Assembly (NCBI GenBank): GCA_963700145.1
Contig: OY969474.1
Coordinates: 2,272,001 to 2,336,000 of the forward strand
Length of the DNA: 64,000 nucleotides
Reading direction: 5' to 3'
DNA from: an uncultured Acidobacteriota bacterium
GTDB taxonomy: Bacteria > Acidobacteriota > Thermoanaerobaculia > Multivoradales > UBA5704
Part shown: one piece after another, positions 37,273 to 47,260 of the stretch
Layout: each line of letters begins with the position of its first letter
How positions within the stretch are numbered: the first letter of the stretch is position 1
Notes under the pieces: generated by a model
What the model was told of the DNA's origin: nothing
Databases searched by the model: none
Seen by the model: only the letters and a program-made list of their open reading frames with translations
Program-made: the position numbers and the translations under genes

Positions 37273-38114
37273 GAGGCGCGGGCGGCGCCGGCGGCGCTGG
37301 CGCCGGCGAGCCCGTGCCCGGCGTAGCGGCGGCGGAAGTCGTCGGCCGCGGTGAGCAGGACGGGCTGCGCCATCTCGTGGAGGCGCGACAGCAGCGGCGC
37401 CGGGATGCGCCAGGAGAGCGGCTCATCGCGCTTGACGCTCGGCGGGTCCTTCTCCTGCACGCGGTCGAGGGCCACCGCCTCGCGCGGCGTCTCGTCGATC
37501 TTGTAGTTGGTGGTGAAGAGCGTCGGCTGGCGGCGCGTGTAGCGGCCGTTGACGATCAGGTAGAGGACGTCGTTGACCCAGGGGCTCGACTTCATCGCCC
37601 CCAGCTCGTCGAGCACCAGCACGTCGGCGCGCAGGAAGGGCTCGAGGATCTCGCGCTGCCAGTCGGGCGAGCCGGGGTCGAAGGTGGACTGGATCTGGTA
37701 GACGAGGGCGGTGAAGTCGACGAAGCGGCCGGAGAGGTGGAGCTGCTCGATCAGCTCGAGCAGGACGGCGACCGCGAGGTGCGTCTTGCCGACCCCCGCC
37801 GGTCCGACGAAGAGGAGCCCGCCCGGGCCGCGCCGCCCCTGGCTGGCGACGAACTCCTCGACGTAGCGACGGGCGACCGTGCGCGCGCCGAGGAGCTGGT
37901 CGCGCGCCCCCTGCGGCCCCTGCGAGACGTCGAAGTTGTCGAGCCGGCAGCCGCGGTAGCGCGGCGGCACGCCGGCCGCCTCGAGCAGGCGCGGCTTGGC
38001 GTCGCGGCGGCGGCAGGCGCAGCGGCGGGCGGCGCCGGCGGCGCCGTCCGGCTCGACCACCCACCCGCGGCCGCCGCACTGGGGGCAGGGGTCGGGCGCC
38101 GCGACCTGAGGCAT
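37269..38114 (-). CDS. DnaC/IstB-like AAA+ ATPase with N-terminal Zn-binding motif
   Basis: CPQC..CAC, GPAGVGKTHLA, LVLDELG, FTTN, SRLHEM. Confidence 0.88.
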   Translation of the reverse strand: MPQVAAPDPCPQCGGRGWVVEPDGAAGAARRCACRRRDAKPRLLEAAGVPPRYRGCRLDNFDVSQGPQGARDQLLGARTVARRYVEEFVASQGRRGPGGLLFVGPAGVGKTHLAVAVLLELIEQLHLSGRFVDFTALVYQIQSTFDPGSPDWQREILEPFLRADVLVLDELGAMKSSPWVNDVLYLIVNGRYTRRQPTLFTTNYKIDETPREAVALDRVQEKDPPSVKRDEPLSWRIPAPLLSRLHEMAQPVLLTAADDFRRRYAGHGLAGASAAGAARAS

Positions 38115-38177
38115 GGCGAAATCGTAGCACGCGGCGGCGCGCCGGCCGCCCGCGTGGAGCGCGCGGGAAGGTCCTTT

Positions 38178-38570
38178 TTAGCGCCGCTCGCTGCGGGCGA
38201 GCGGGCCGCTCTGGAGCTTGACCAGCGCGTGCTGGCGCTCGACCCCGAAGCGGCGGTCGAGGAGCTCGCGCTTGACGAACTCGAGGAGGCGGTCGACCTC
38301 GACCTGCATCTCCTCCATCCGCTCCTTCATGTTGAGGATGACCTCGACGCCGGCCAGGTTGACGCCGAGGTCGCGGGTCAGGGTGAGGATCGTCTCGAGA
38401 CGGCGGATCGCCTCGTCGTCGTAGAGGCGGGTGTTGCCGGCGCTGCGCACCGGCTTGATCAGCCCCTCGCGCTCGTAGAGGCGGAGGGTCTGGGGGTGGA
38501 TGCCGTAGCGCTCGGCGACGACGCTGATCATCACGTAGCGCTTCTCGACCTTTCGCCGCCGGCCGGCCAT
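38178..38570 (-). CDS. hspR: HspR-like MerR-family heat-shock repressor
   Basis: IHPQTLRLYEREGL.P.RS.GNTRLY, LGVNLAGV. Confidence 0.88.
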   Translation of the reverse strand: MAGRRRKVEKRYVMISVVAERYGIHPQTLRLYEREGLIKPVRSAGNTRLYDDEAIRRLETILTLTRDLGVNLAGVEVILNMKERMEEMQVEVDRLLEFVKRELLDRRFGVERQHALVKLQSGPLARSERR

Positions 38571-39007
38571 CAGCCGCCCTCCTGGACCGGCACCTGCGTC
38601 GGCGTGCGCTTGGGGATGGTGATGCGCAGCACGCCTTGCTGGAACTGGGCGGAGATCTTCTCGGCGTCGAGCGGCGCCCCGAGGTCGAAGCTGCGGCGGA
38701 AGGGGCCGTAGCTGCGCTCCATGCGCAGGAAGTTGCGGTTCTCGCCGAGCGGCGGCCGGCGGCCGGAGAGCTCCAGCCGCCGGTCGTGGACCGCGAGCTC
38801 GATGTCCTCGCGCTGGATCCCCGGCAGCTCGGCGTAGAGGAGGTAGGCGCTCTCGGTCTCGAGCACGTCGACGGGGGGGCTCCAGGTGCCCGGCGCCCCC
38901 CCCTGCGCGTCGTCGTACTCGGTGGCCAGGAGCGCCTGCTCGAGCAGGCTGTTGACCCGCTCCTGAATGCGGGAGAGTTCCTCTAAATAGATTTTCTTCA
39001 GCGCCAT
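38570..39007 (-). CDS. Hsp20/alpha-crystallin small heat-shock protein
   Basis: PPVDVLE, AELPG, ERSYGPFRRSF, GVLRITIPK. Confidence 0.93.
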   Translation of the reverse strand: MALKKIYLEELSRIQERVNSLLEQALLATEYDDAQGGAPGTWSPPVDVLETESAYLLYAELPGIQREDIELAVHDRRLELSGRRPPLGENRNFLRMERSYGPFRRSFDLGAPLDAEKISAQFQQGVLRITIPKRTPTQVPVQEGG

Positions 39008-39130
39008 TGCCTACGGCTCACCGTTATCAGACTCCTCGAAGCACTGATCCCATCTCCCTCCACTCCCTCGTTCCCTCGCCCCCCGCACGGGGGGCAAGGG
39101 ACGCCACCACCCTCTCTTCGTCCATCTTTG

Positions 39131-41056
<1,926 letters not shown>

Positions 41057-41086
41057 GGGGTCTCCTCTCCGGATGTCATTGCCGGA

Positions 41087-41156
41087 AGCCTAAAACCTTA
41101 GTCGGCGCCTGTCAATCTTGGCGCCACCCTATCTGACAATAGGGGACTGAGATTTA
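41087..41156 (-). promoter_or_regulatory. dnaK sigma70 promoter overlapped by two HAIR-like operator candidates
   Basis: TTGACA(41115-41110)-N17-TAGGCT; AAACCTTAGTCGGCGCCTGTCAAT (+) and AAATCTCAGTCCCCTATTGTCAGAT (-). Confidence 0.6.
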
Positions 41157-41159
41157 TTC

Positions 41160-42350
41160 CTAGTCGAGGAGCACGAGCGGTTGCGCCGCCTGCCCTTCGG
41201 GGCGGGCGGAGAGGAACTCGGGGTCGAGCTGGAAGTCGCCGCGGATCGTGCCGCGCCCGGCGCCGGCGGCGAGCGGCCCCGCGGCGGCGGGGCGCACCGC
41301 GTAGGCCTCCTGCCCACCCTGCCAGACGAGTGGCCGCCCCTCGGGGTCGCGCAGGTCGGCGGCGCCGAGGAGGCCGCGGGTGCGCAGGGTCTCGAGGCGC
41401 TCGGGGAAGTGGCCGTCGAGGACGAACGAGGTGCGCGCCGCGCGGTCGAGCTTGGCGTAGAGGCTGGCGCGCTGCGCGGCAAGGAGCGCCTCGCGCTCGC
41501 CGTGCTGGAAGGGGAAGGGGAGCAGGACGCGCTGCGGCGCGAGGAGGAGACCGGCGGCGAGGGCGACGGCGAGGCCGGCGCCGAGGAGGGCCGCCGGCCA
41601 GCCCGGCGCCCGGACGACCGCGGCGGCACCGGCCGAGGGCGTCGCGGTGACTGACTCGACCGCCGGCTCCTCCGGTGCCAGGACGACCGCCTCGCGGCGC
41701 GGCTCGACCGCGAGCGGCAGGGCGGGCGGCGCCGCCACCGGCACGACCGGGTGCGGCGCGATCGACATCGGCGGCCGCGCCGGCTCGGGCGGCACGGGCA
41801 CCAGCGTCGGCCGCGGCGGCGGCGGTGGCGAGAGCGGCGGCGCGGACGGGGGAGCCGGCGGCCGCCGCCCCTCCTCCTCCAGGTCCTCGACCGAGCGGAT
41901 GAGGAGGTCCTGGACGCGGATCGGCGCGAAGCCCTCCTCGTAGGAGACCTCCTCGCCGCTGAAGAACTTGAAGTCGCCCTCCTGCCAGAGCAGGAGTTGC
42001 TCGAGGAGGCGGAAGGTCTGGAGCCGCAGCGCCTCCAACAGCTCCGGGCGCGACAGGTGCTGGCGCTCGACCAGGACGTCGATGAGCCGCCCGCCGCCGG
42101 TCTGGATCTCGGCGGCGGCGCGGGCGAGGTCCTCGCGCCGCACCAGCCCGTCGCCCACCAGCACCCGCTCCAGCCCCTCCTCGGCGGGCTGGTTCAGGGC
42201 GTCGGCGTAGACGATGTCGCCGCGCAGGAAGGAGATGGCTACCATGTCGTGCGGCCCCTGCACGGTGAGGATGCCGGTCTTCCCCTGCTGCGCGATGAGC
42301 TGCAGGATCTCGGGCAGCCGGAAGACCCCGAGGGTCCCCTCAACCGCCAC
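41160..42350 (-). CDS. DUF4388 domain membrane protein
   Basis: EGTLGVFRLPEILQLI...KTGIL, W.EGDFKF. Confidence 0.85.
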   Translation of the reverse strand: MAVEGTLGVFRLPEILQLIAQQGKTGILTVQGPHDMVAISFLRGDIVYADALNQPAEEGLERVLVGDGLVRREDLARAAAEIQTGGGRLIDVLVERQHLSRPELLEALRLQTFRLLEQLLLWQEGDFKFFSGEEVSYEEGFAPIRVQDLLIRSVEDLEEEGRRPPAPPSAPPLSPPPPPRPTLVPVPPEPARPPMSIAPHPVVPVAAPPALPLAVEPRREAVVLAPEEPAVESVTATPSAGAAAVVRAPGWPAALLGAGLAVALAAGLLLAPQRVLLPFPFQHGEREALLAAQRASLYAKLDRAARTSFVLDGHFPERLETLRTRGLLGAADLRDPEGRPLVWQGGQEAYAVRPAAAGPLAAGAGRGTIRGDFQLDPEFLSARPEGQAAQPLVLLD

Positions 42351-44097
42351 GCAGCTCCCTCCGCAGCCGTGCCCCGAGGTAGACCAGGAGGCCGGCGGAG
42401 GCGACGATCCAGGGCGCCGCGACGCCGGGCTCGTGCCCCCACGGGACGCGGTAGCCGATGCGCGCGGCGAGGGGCAGCAGGAGCAGGGCGACCGGGACGA
42501 GCAGCGCGCCGTAGGCGCGCCAACCCGCCCCCGCCTCGGCGGCGGCGAGCCCGGGGAGGAGCGCGCGGCGCCAGCGGGCGGCGCGGCCCGCCGCGGTCGG
42601 CGGCGTGTCGTCCTCGTCGACCGCGCCGCGGACGCGCCGCAGGCCGAAGGCGGCGGCGAGCACCAGGACGGCGAGGAGGAGCGCGGCGGTGCGCGGCAGG
42701 CCCCCGCCGGCGGTGCCGCCGGCGTCTCCCGCGGCCAGGAGCTGGCGCCGGATCTCCGGCAGGCGGGCGACGCCGCCCTCCTCGACCACGACCCGCTGCT
42801 CGACGTTCTTCCCCCACTCGCTGACCTTGTCGGGGTCGAGCTGCTGCGCCTGGTTGTAGGCGCGCTCCCGCTCGCGGAAGAGGTAGGCCTCGGCGTACGC
42901 CTTGCTCAGGTTGAAGTGCGCGGCGGCGCTCTCGGGGTCGGCGGTGGCGGCCTGCTGGAAGTACTGGATGGCGCTGCCGAAGTCCCCTTTGTAGAAGTAG
43001 TAGGCGCCGAGGTCGAGGAGGGCGGAGGTGTTCTCCTTCTCCCGCGCCAGGACCTCGCGGTAGAGCGGGCGGGCGAGCTCCCACTGGCCGAGCCGGCGGT
43101 GGACGTCGGCCAAGAGCTGGCGCACCGCGAAGCTCTCGGGCAGCGCCGCGCGCAGCGCCGCCAGGTCGTTGAAGAGGGCGCCGTAGAGACGGCCGGCGGC
43201 GACCCTTTCGACCGCGCGCATCGGCGGCGAGACCGCCACCGCGACGCGCCGCCCCTGGGCGTCCAGGAGGAGCGGCGCCGCCCCAATGAGAAGGAGCAGC
43301 GCCGCCACCACCGCCCGCTCGGAGAGCGAAAGGTAGGCCCAGAGGAGGATGGTCCAGTAAAGCACCAGCCAGGCCGGGCCGCCGGGAAGGGCGGCCGGCC
43401 AGACGAGGAGGAGCACCGCCGCGGCGAGCGCGACCGGCCGCAGCGTGCCGAGCTTCGCCGCCAGGTCGCCGACTAGCCGCCGGCCGCGCGTCGCCATCAG
43501 CAGCGCCAGGCAGAGGACGCCGGCGGCGACGAGCGCCGTCCACAGCCAGACCAGGGCGTCGTGCAGCCAGACCGCGCGCAGCGCCGGCTCGCGGGCGAGG
43601 CGCGCGTAGGCCTTCACGGTCCACGCCGCGGCGGCGTGGAAGCGCCCCTCCTCGGCGGCGACGCGCGCCGCGGCGAAGGCGGTCTCGGGCCGCCCGGGAT
43701 CGAGCCGCTCGGCGGCGGCGAGCCCGAGCCGGGCGCGCGCGAAGTCCCCCTTCTCCGCCCACTCGACGGCCGGCACGAGGGCAGCGAGCGCGAGGTCGGG
43801 GAGGCGGCGCATGCCGGCCTGGCCCGCGGTCTCGAGGAGGCGCGCCACCACCCTCTCAGCCCGCTCCTCGCGCACCTCCTCGCGGCCCTGGTAGTAGAAA
43901 GCGCCGATCCACTCCAGCCACTCCTCCTGCAGGCGGAGGAGGGCCTGCTGCACCGGCGGCGTGAGCTGGACGGCGGGGGCGGGAGCGGGGGGAGGGGGCG
44001 GCTGCGCGGAGGCCGCCGCGCTCGCGAGGTGCAGGGCCAGGGCGGCGGCGAGGAGCCCGGCGCGAAACCTTTCGCGCCTAGCCCCGCTTCTGGACAT
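42340..44097 (-). CDS. Tetratricopeptide-repeat membrane protein
   Basis: TPR motifs (AIQYFQQA..DP..AAAHFNL) plus TM segments. Confidence 0.8.
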   Translation of the reverse strand: MSRSGARRERFRAGLLAAALALHLASAAASAQPPPPPAPAPAVQLTPPVQQALLRLQEEWLEWIGAFYYQGREEVREERAERVVARLLETAGQAGMRRLPDLALAALVPAVEWAEKGDFARARLGLAAAERLDPGRPETAFAAARVAAEEGRFHAAAAWTVKAYARLAREPALRAVWLHDALVWLWTALVAAGVLCLALLMATRGRRLVGDLAAKLGTLRPVALAAAVLLLVWPAALPGGPAWLVLYWTILLWAYLSLSERAVVAALLLLIGAAPLLLDAQGRRVAVAVSPPMRAVERVAAGRLYGALFNDLAALRAALPESFAVRQLLADVHRRLGQWELARPLYREVLAREKENTSALLDLGAYYFYKGDFGSAIQYFQQAATADPESAAAHFNLSKAYAEAYLFRERERAYNQAQQLDPDKVSEWGKNVEQRVVVEEGGVARLPEIRRQLLAAGDAGGTAGGGLPRTAALLLAVLVLAAAFGLRRVRGAVDEDDTPPTAAGRAARWRRALLPGLAAAEAGAGWRAYGALLVPVALLLLPLAARIGYRVPWGHEPGVAAPWIVASAGLLVYLGARLRRELRGG

Positions 44098-44596
44098 AGC
44101 GGACCCGCAGCCGATAGAGCAGGTCCTCCAGGAAGGCGTTCTCCTGGACCGTCAGGTTCCCCGCCGTCTTCTGCCGCAGCACTTCGAGCAGGTCGATGTA
44201 GAGGCGGGCCATCTCGAGGTTCTCCGCCGTCTGGCCGTCGGGGAGCTCGACGTCGCCCAGGTAGATGGCGACCGGCTCGGCGATCATCGCGGCGAGGTCG
44301 TAGAACGTGGGGCCGAGCCCGGGCGGCGTGCCGGGGATCTCGAGCCGCGGCCCGCTCTCGCGCTCCGGCTCGAGCGGCGGCGGCGGGGAGGCACCGCGAC
44401 GGCGGGGATCGGACTCGGGGGCACGCGCTGGTGGTGGTGGAGGCTGGGGCGGGGGCGGCGGCTCGACCGGCACCGGCTCCGGCGGCGCCTCGGCGGCCGC
44501 CGTCGCCTTCTCGTCGAGGAAGCGGTACTCTTCGCGGAGCGCGCCGTCCGGCGTGAACATCCGCTTGTCGTGGACCTTGATCTCCTTCTCGCTCAC
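44078..44596 (-). CDS. DUF1844 domain protein
   Basis: IDLLEVLRQKTAGNL..E...L...LY.LR..YV. Confidence 0.85.
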   Translation of the reverse strand: MSEKEIKVHDKRMFTPDGALREEYRFLDEKATAAAEAPPEPVPVEPPPPPQPPPPPARAPESDPRRRGASPPPPLEPERESGPRLEIPGTPPGLGPTFYDLAAMIAEPVAIYLGDVELPDGQTAENLEMARLYIDLLEVLRQKTAGNLTVQENAFLEDLLYRLRVRYVQKRG

Positions 44597-44637
44597 GGCC
44601 CTCCCTTTGCCCCTCCGAGAAAGCTCAGAATCGTAGC

Positions 44638-45405
44638 ATGCGCCGTCTGATCGACCTCGTCGCGCGGCTGCGCGCGCCCGACGGCTGCCCCTGGGACCGC
44701 GAGCAGGGCGCCGCCGACCTGCGCGCCTACCTGCTCGAGGAGGCGCACGAGGCCGCGGCCGCCATCGACGGCGGCGACTGGGGCGAGCTGGCGGGCGAGC
44801 TCGGCGACCTCCTCTTCCAGATCGCCTTCCTCGTCCGCCTCGCCGAAGAGCGCGGCGCCTTCGATCTCGAGAAGGTCGTCGCCGGCATCGAGGCCAAGAT
44901 GGTCGCCCGCCACCCGCACGTCTTCGGCGGCGAGACCCTCGCCGACGCCCGCGCCGTGCGCGAGGCCTGGGAGCGGCGCAAGCTCCGCGAGCCCGGACGC
45001 GAGTCCCTCCTCGCCGGCGTGCCGCCGTCCTTGCCCGCCCTCCTCGCCGCCTACCGCTTGACGCAGAAAGCCGCCGGCGTCGGCTTCGACTGGCCGGAGG
45101 CGCAAGCGGTGCTGGCGAAGGTCGACGAAGAGGTCGCGGAGCTCCGCGAAGCGCTCGCGGACGGCAAGCGCGAGGACGCGCGCGAGAAAGTCACCGAGGA
45201 GATCGGCGACCTCCTCTTCACCGTCGCCAACCTGGCGCGCAAGCTCGACGTCGACCCCGAGGCCGCGCTCGCCCGCGCCAACCGCAAGTTCCGCCGCCGC
45301 TTCGAGCAGATCGAGCGCCGCCTCGCCGAGCAGGGCCGCACCGCCGACGAAGCCAGCCTCGCCGAGATGGACGCCCTCTGGGACGAAGCGAAGCGCGAAC
45401 CCTAG
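44638..45405 (+). CDS. mazG: Nucleoside triphosphate pyrophosphohydrolase
   Basis: GCPWDREQ, ELGDLL, RHPHVFG, GFDW, EIGDLLF. Confidence 0.95.
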   Translation: MRRLIDLVARLRAPDGCPWDREQGAADLRAYLLEEAHEAAAAIDGGDWGELAGELGDLLFQIAFLVRLAEERGAFDLEKVVAGIEAKMVARHPHVFGGETLADARAVREAWERRKLREPGRESLLAGVPPSLPALLAAYRLTQKAAGVGFDWPEAQAVLAKVDEEVAELREALADGKREDAREKVTEEIGDLLFTVANLARKLDVDPEAALARANRKFRRRFEQIERRLAEQGRTADEASLAEMDALWDEAKREP

Positions 45406-46103
45406 CGCCCGGCGCTCGCCGCCGCGGAACTCTCCGCCAGCGCCGCGCGCACCAGCGGCAACACGTTCTCCGCCACCCGCCGGTGCCCCTCCGCGTTCGG
45501 GTGGATCCCGTCCCCCAGGTTCAGCTCCGCCTCCCCGCCCACCCCTTCGAGCAGAAACGGCACCAGCGGCACCCCCAGCTCCCGCGCCACCCGCGGATAG
45601 ATCCCCTCGAACCCCGCCGCATACTCCGGCCCGTAATTCGGCGGGATCCTCATCCCCAGCAACACCACCCGAGCCCCCGCCCCCTTCGCCCGCCGCACGA
45701 TGTCCTCCAGATTCCCCTCAGTCGACTCCAGCGAAAGCCCCCGCAACCCGTCATTCGCCCCCAGCCCCACCACCACCACATCCGGCTTCTGCCGCAACAC
45801 CCACTCCAACCGCCGCACCCCCCCCGCCGACGTGTCCCCGCTAACCCCCGCATTCACCACCCGCACAGGAATCCCCTCCTCCACCAACCGCTCCCGAACC
45901 AAGGCAGGAAACGCCTGCTCCTCCGCCAACCCCAAGCCCGCGGTAAGGCTGTCGCCCAAGAAGACGACTAGCGGTCCGCTCGCCTCCTCTGCCGGTGCGG
46001 AGGTCTGCGCCGGAGCAGTTTCAGGTAGAGGAGCGACTTCCTCCCGCGCCGGCGCGCGGCAGGCGACGACCAGTAGCGCCAGCAGAAGCGCTCTCTTCTT
46101 CAT
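45402..46103 (-). CDS. tesA: Arylesterase / acyl-CoA thioesterase I (SGNH) lipoprotein
   Basis: GDSL, NAGVSGDTS, GANDGLRG, DGIHPN; start MKKRALL. Confidence 0.9.
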   Translation of the reverse strand: MKKRALLLALLVVACRAPAREEVAPLPETAPAQTSAPAEEASGPLVVFLGDSLTAGLGLAEEQAFPALVRERLVEEGIPVRVVNAGVSGDTSAGGVRRLEWVLRQKPDVVVVGLGANDGLRGLSLESTEGNLEDIVRRAKGAGARVVLLGMRIPPNYGPEYAAGFEGIYPRVARELGVPLVPFLLEGVGGEAELNLGDGIHPNAEGHRRVAENVLPLVRAALAESSAAASAGR

Positions 46104-46137
46104 CCGACGGATTCTAGTGGCGCGGCTTCCCCCGCCC

Positions 46138-46164
46138 AGATCCTTCGCTTCGCTCAGGATGACA
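46138..46164 (-). repeat. GTCATCCTGAGCGAAGCGAAGGATCT-type palindromic repeat arm
   Basis: Related arms at 49821-49847 and at both ends of 58234-58395. Confidence 0.8.
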
Positions 46165-46233
46165 AGGTGGGGGGTTCCGGCATGGCGCAGGGTTGCGGGC
46201 ACGGCGCAGGCTTTTGCATCCGGGCGGGGGGGA

Positions 46234-46396
46234 GCCCTCCGGCGTGCGCTCCCCGGAGGGACCTCTGAGCGAGCGCCGGGCAACTCCCCATGCAGTCCAC
46301 CACCGACCCCGGCGCAAAGCGAAGCGGAGGCGCGCGCCTCCCTCCGCACTCCACAAAGCGCGCGCCGTTCCCGCAGGGGAGCGCACGCCGGAGGGC
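46234..46396 (-). repeat. Structured repeat, copy B
   Basis: Perfect 21-bp terminal IR; same internal motifs as copies A and C, on the minus strand. Confidence 0.75.
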
Positions 46397-46498
46397 GGGG
46401 CGGGGGCGGGGGTCTTTCTTTCCCCTGAGGTAAGCTCTGCCGCGCTGCGGCGTACCACAAGCATGCGCGCCGCCCGCCGTTTCCCATCTCCAGCTCCC

Positions 46499-47260
46499 AT
46501 GTCGATCCCCCGCATCGAGCTAAGAGCCCTAACCAAACGCCTCCCCTCCGGCGGCCGCGACCTAACAATCCTCGACCGCATCGACCTATCCATCGCCCCC
46601 GGCGAATTCGTCGCCATCCTCGGCCCTTCAGGCAGCGGCAAATCCACCCTCCTCGCCCTCATGGCCGGCCTAGACCGCCCCACCAGCGGCGAAGTCCACA
46701 TCGACGGCACCCCCATCCACACCCTCTCCGAAGACCAGCTAGCCCTCCTCCGCCGCGAGCACATCGGCTTCGTCTTCCAGAGCTTCCAGCTCCTCGGCAA
46801 CCTCACCGCCCGCGAAAACGTCCTCCTGCCGCTCGAGCTCCTCGCCCGCCCCGACGCCCGCGCCCGCGTCGACGAGCTCCTCGCCGCCGTCGGCCTCAGC
46901 GAGCGCGGCCACCACTACCCGAGCCAGCTCTCCGGCGGCGAGCAGCAGCGCGTCGCCCTCGCCCGCGCCTTCGCCGCGCGGCCGCCCATCCTCCTCGCCG
47001 ACGAGCCCACCGGCAACCTCGACGGCGCCACCGGCCGCCGCGTCCTCGAACAGCTCGTCGAGTTGCGCCGCGCCGGCGGCGCCACCCTCGTCCTCGTCAC
47101 CCACGACCCGGCCGTCGCCGCCCTCGCCTCGCGCCTCGTCCACCTGCGCGACGGCCGCATCGAGCGCGAGGAGACCGCGACACCGTCGCGCGCCGCAGCG
47201 CGCGCCGGGGATAGCGCCGCCGTGCGCGCCGAGGACCCCGCCGCCGAGGCCGTGCGGTGA
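46499..47260 (+). CDS. ABC transporter ATP-binding protein, YbbA-like
   Basis: GPSGSGKST, LSGGEQQR, ADEPTGNLD; divergent from tesA. Confidence 0.93.
   Translation: MSIPRIELRALTKRLPSGGRDLTILDRIDLSIAPGEFVAILGPSGSGKSTLLALMAGLDRPTSGEVHIDGTPIHTLSEDQLALLRREHIGFVFQSFQLLGNLTARENVLLPLELLARPDARARVDELLAAVGLSERGHHYPSQLSGGEQQRVALARAFAARPPILLADEPTGNLDGATGRRVLEQLVELRRAGGATLVLVTHDPAVAALASRLVHLRDGRIEREETATPSRAAARAGDSAAVRAEDPAAEAVR

Noticed and set aside
37269-38114. IS21 element (istB)
   Set aside because: No istA transposase or terminal IRs; embedded in a host operon, so a DnaC-like ATPase
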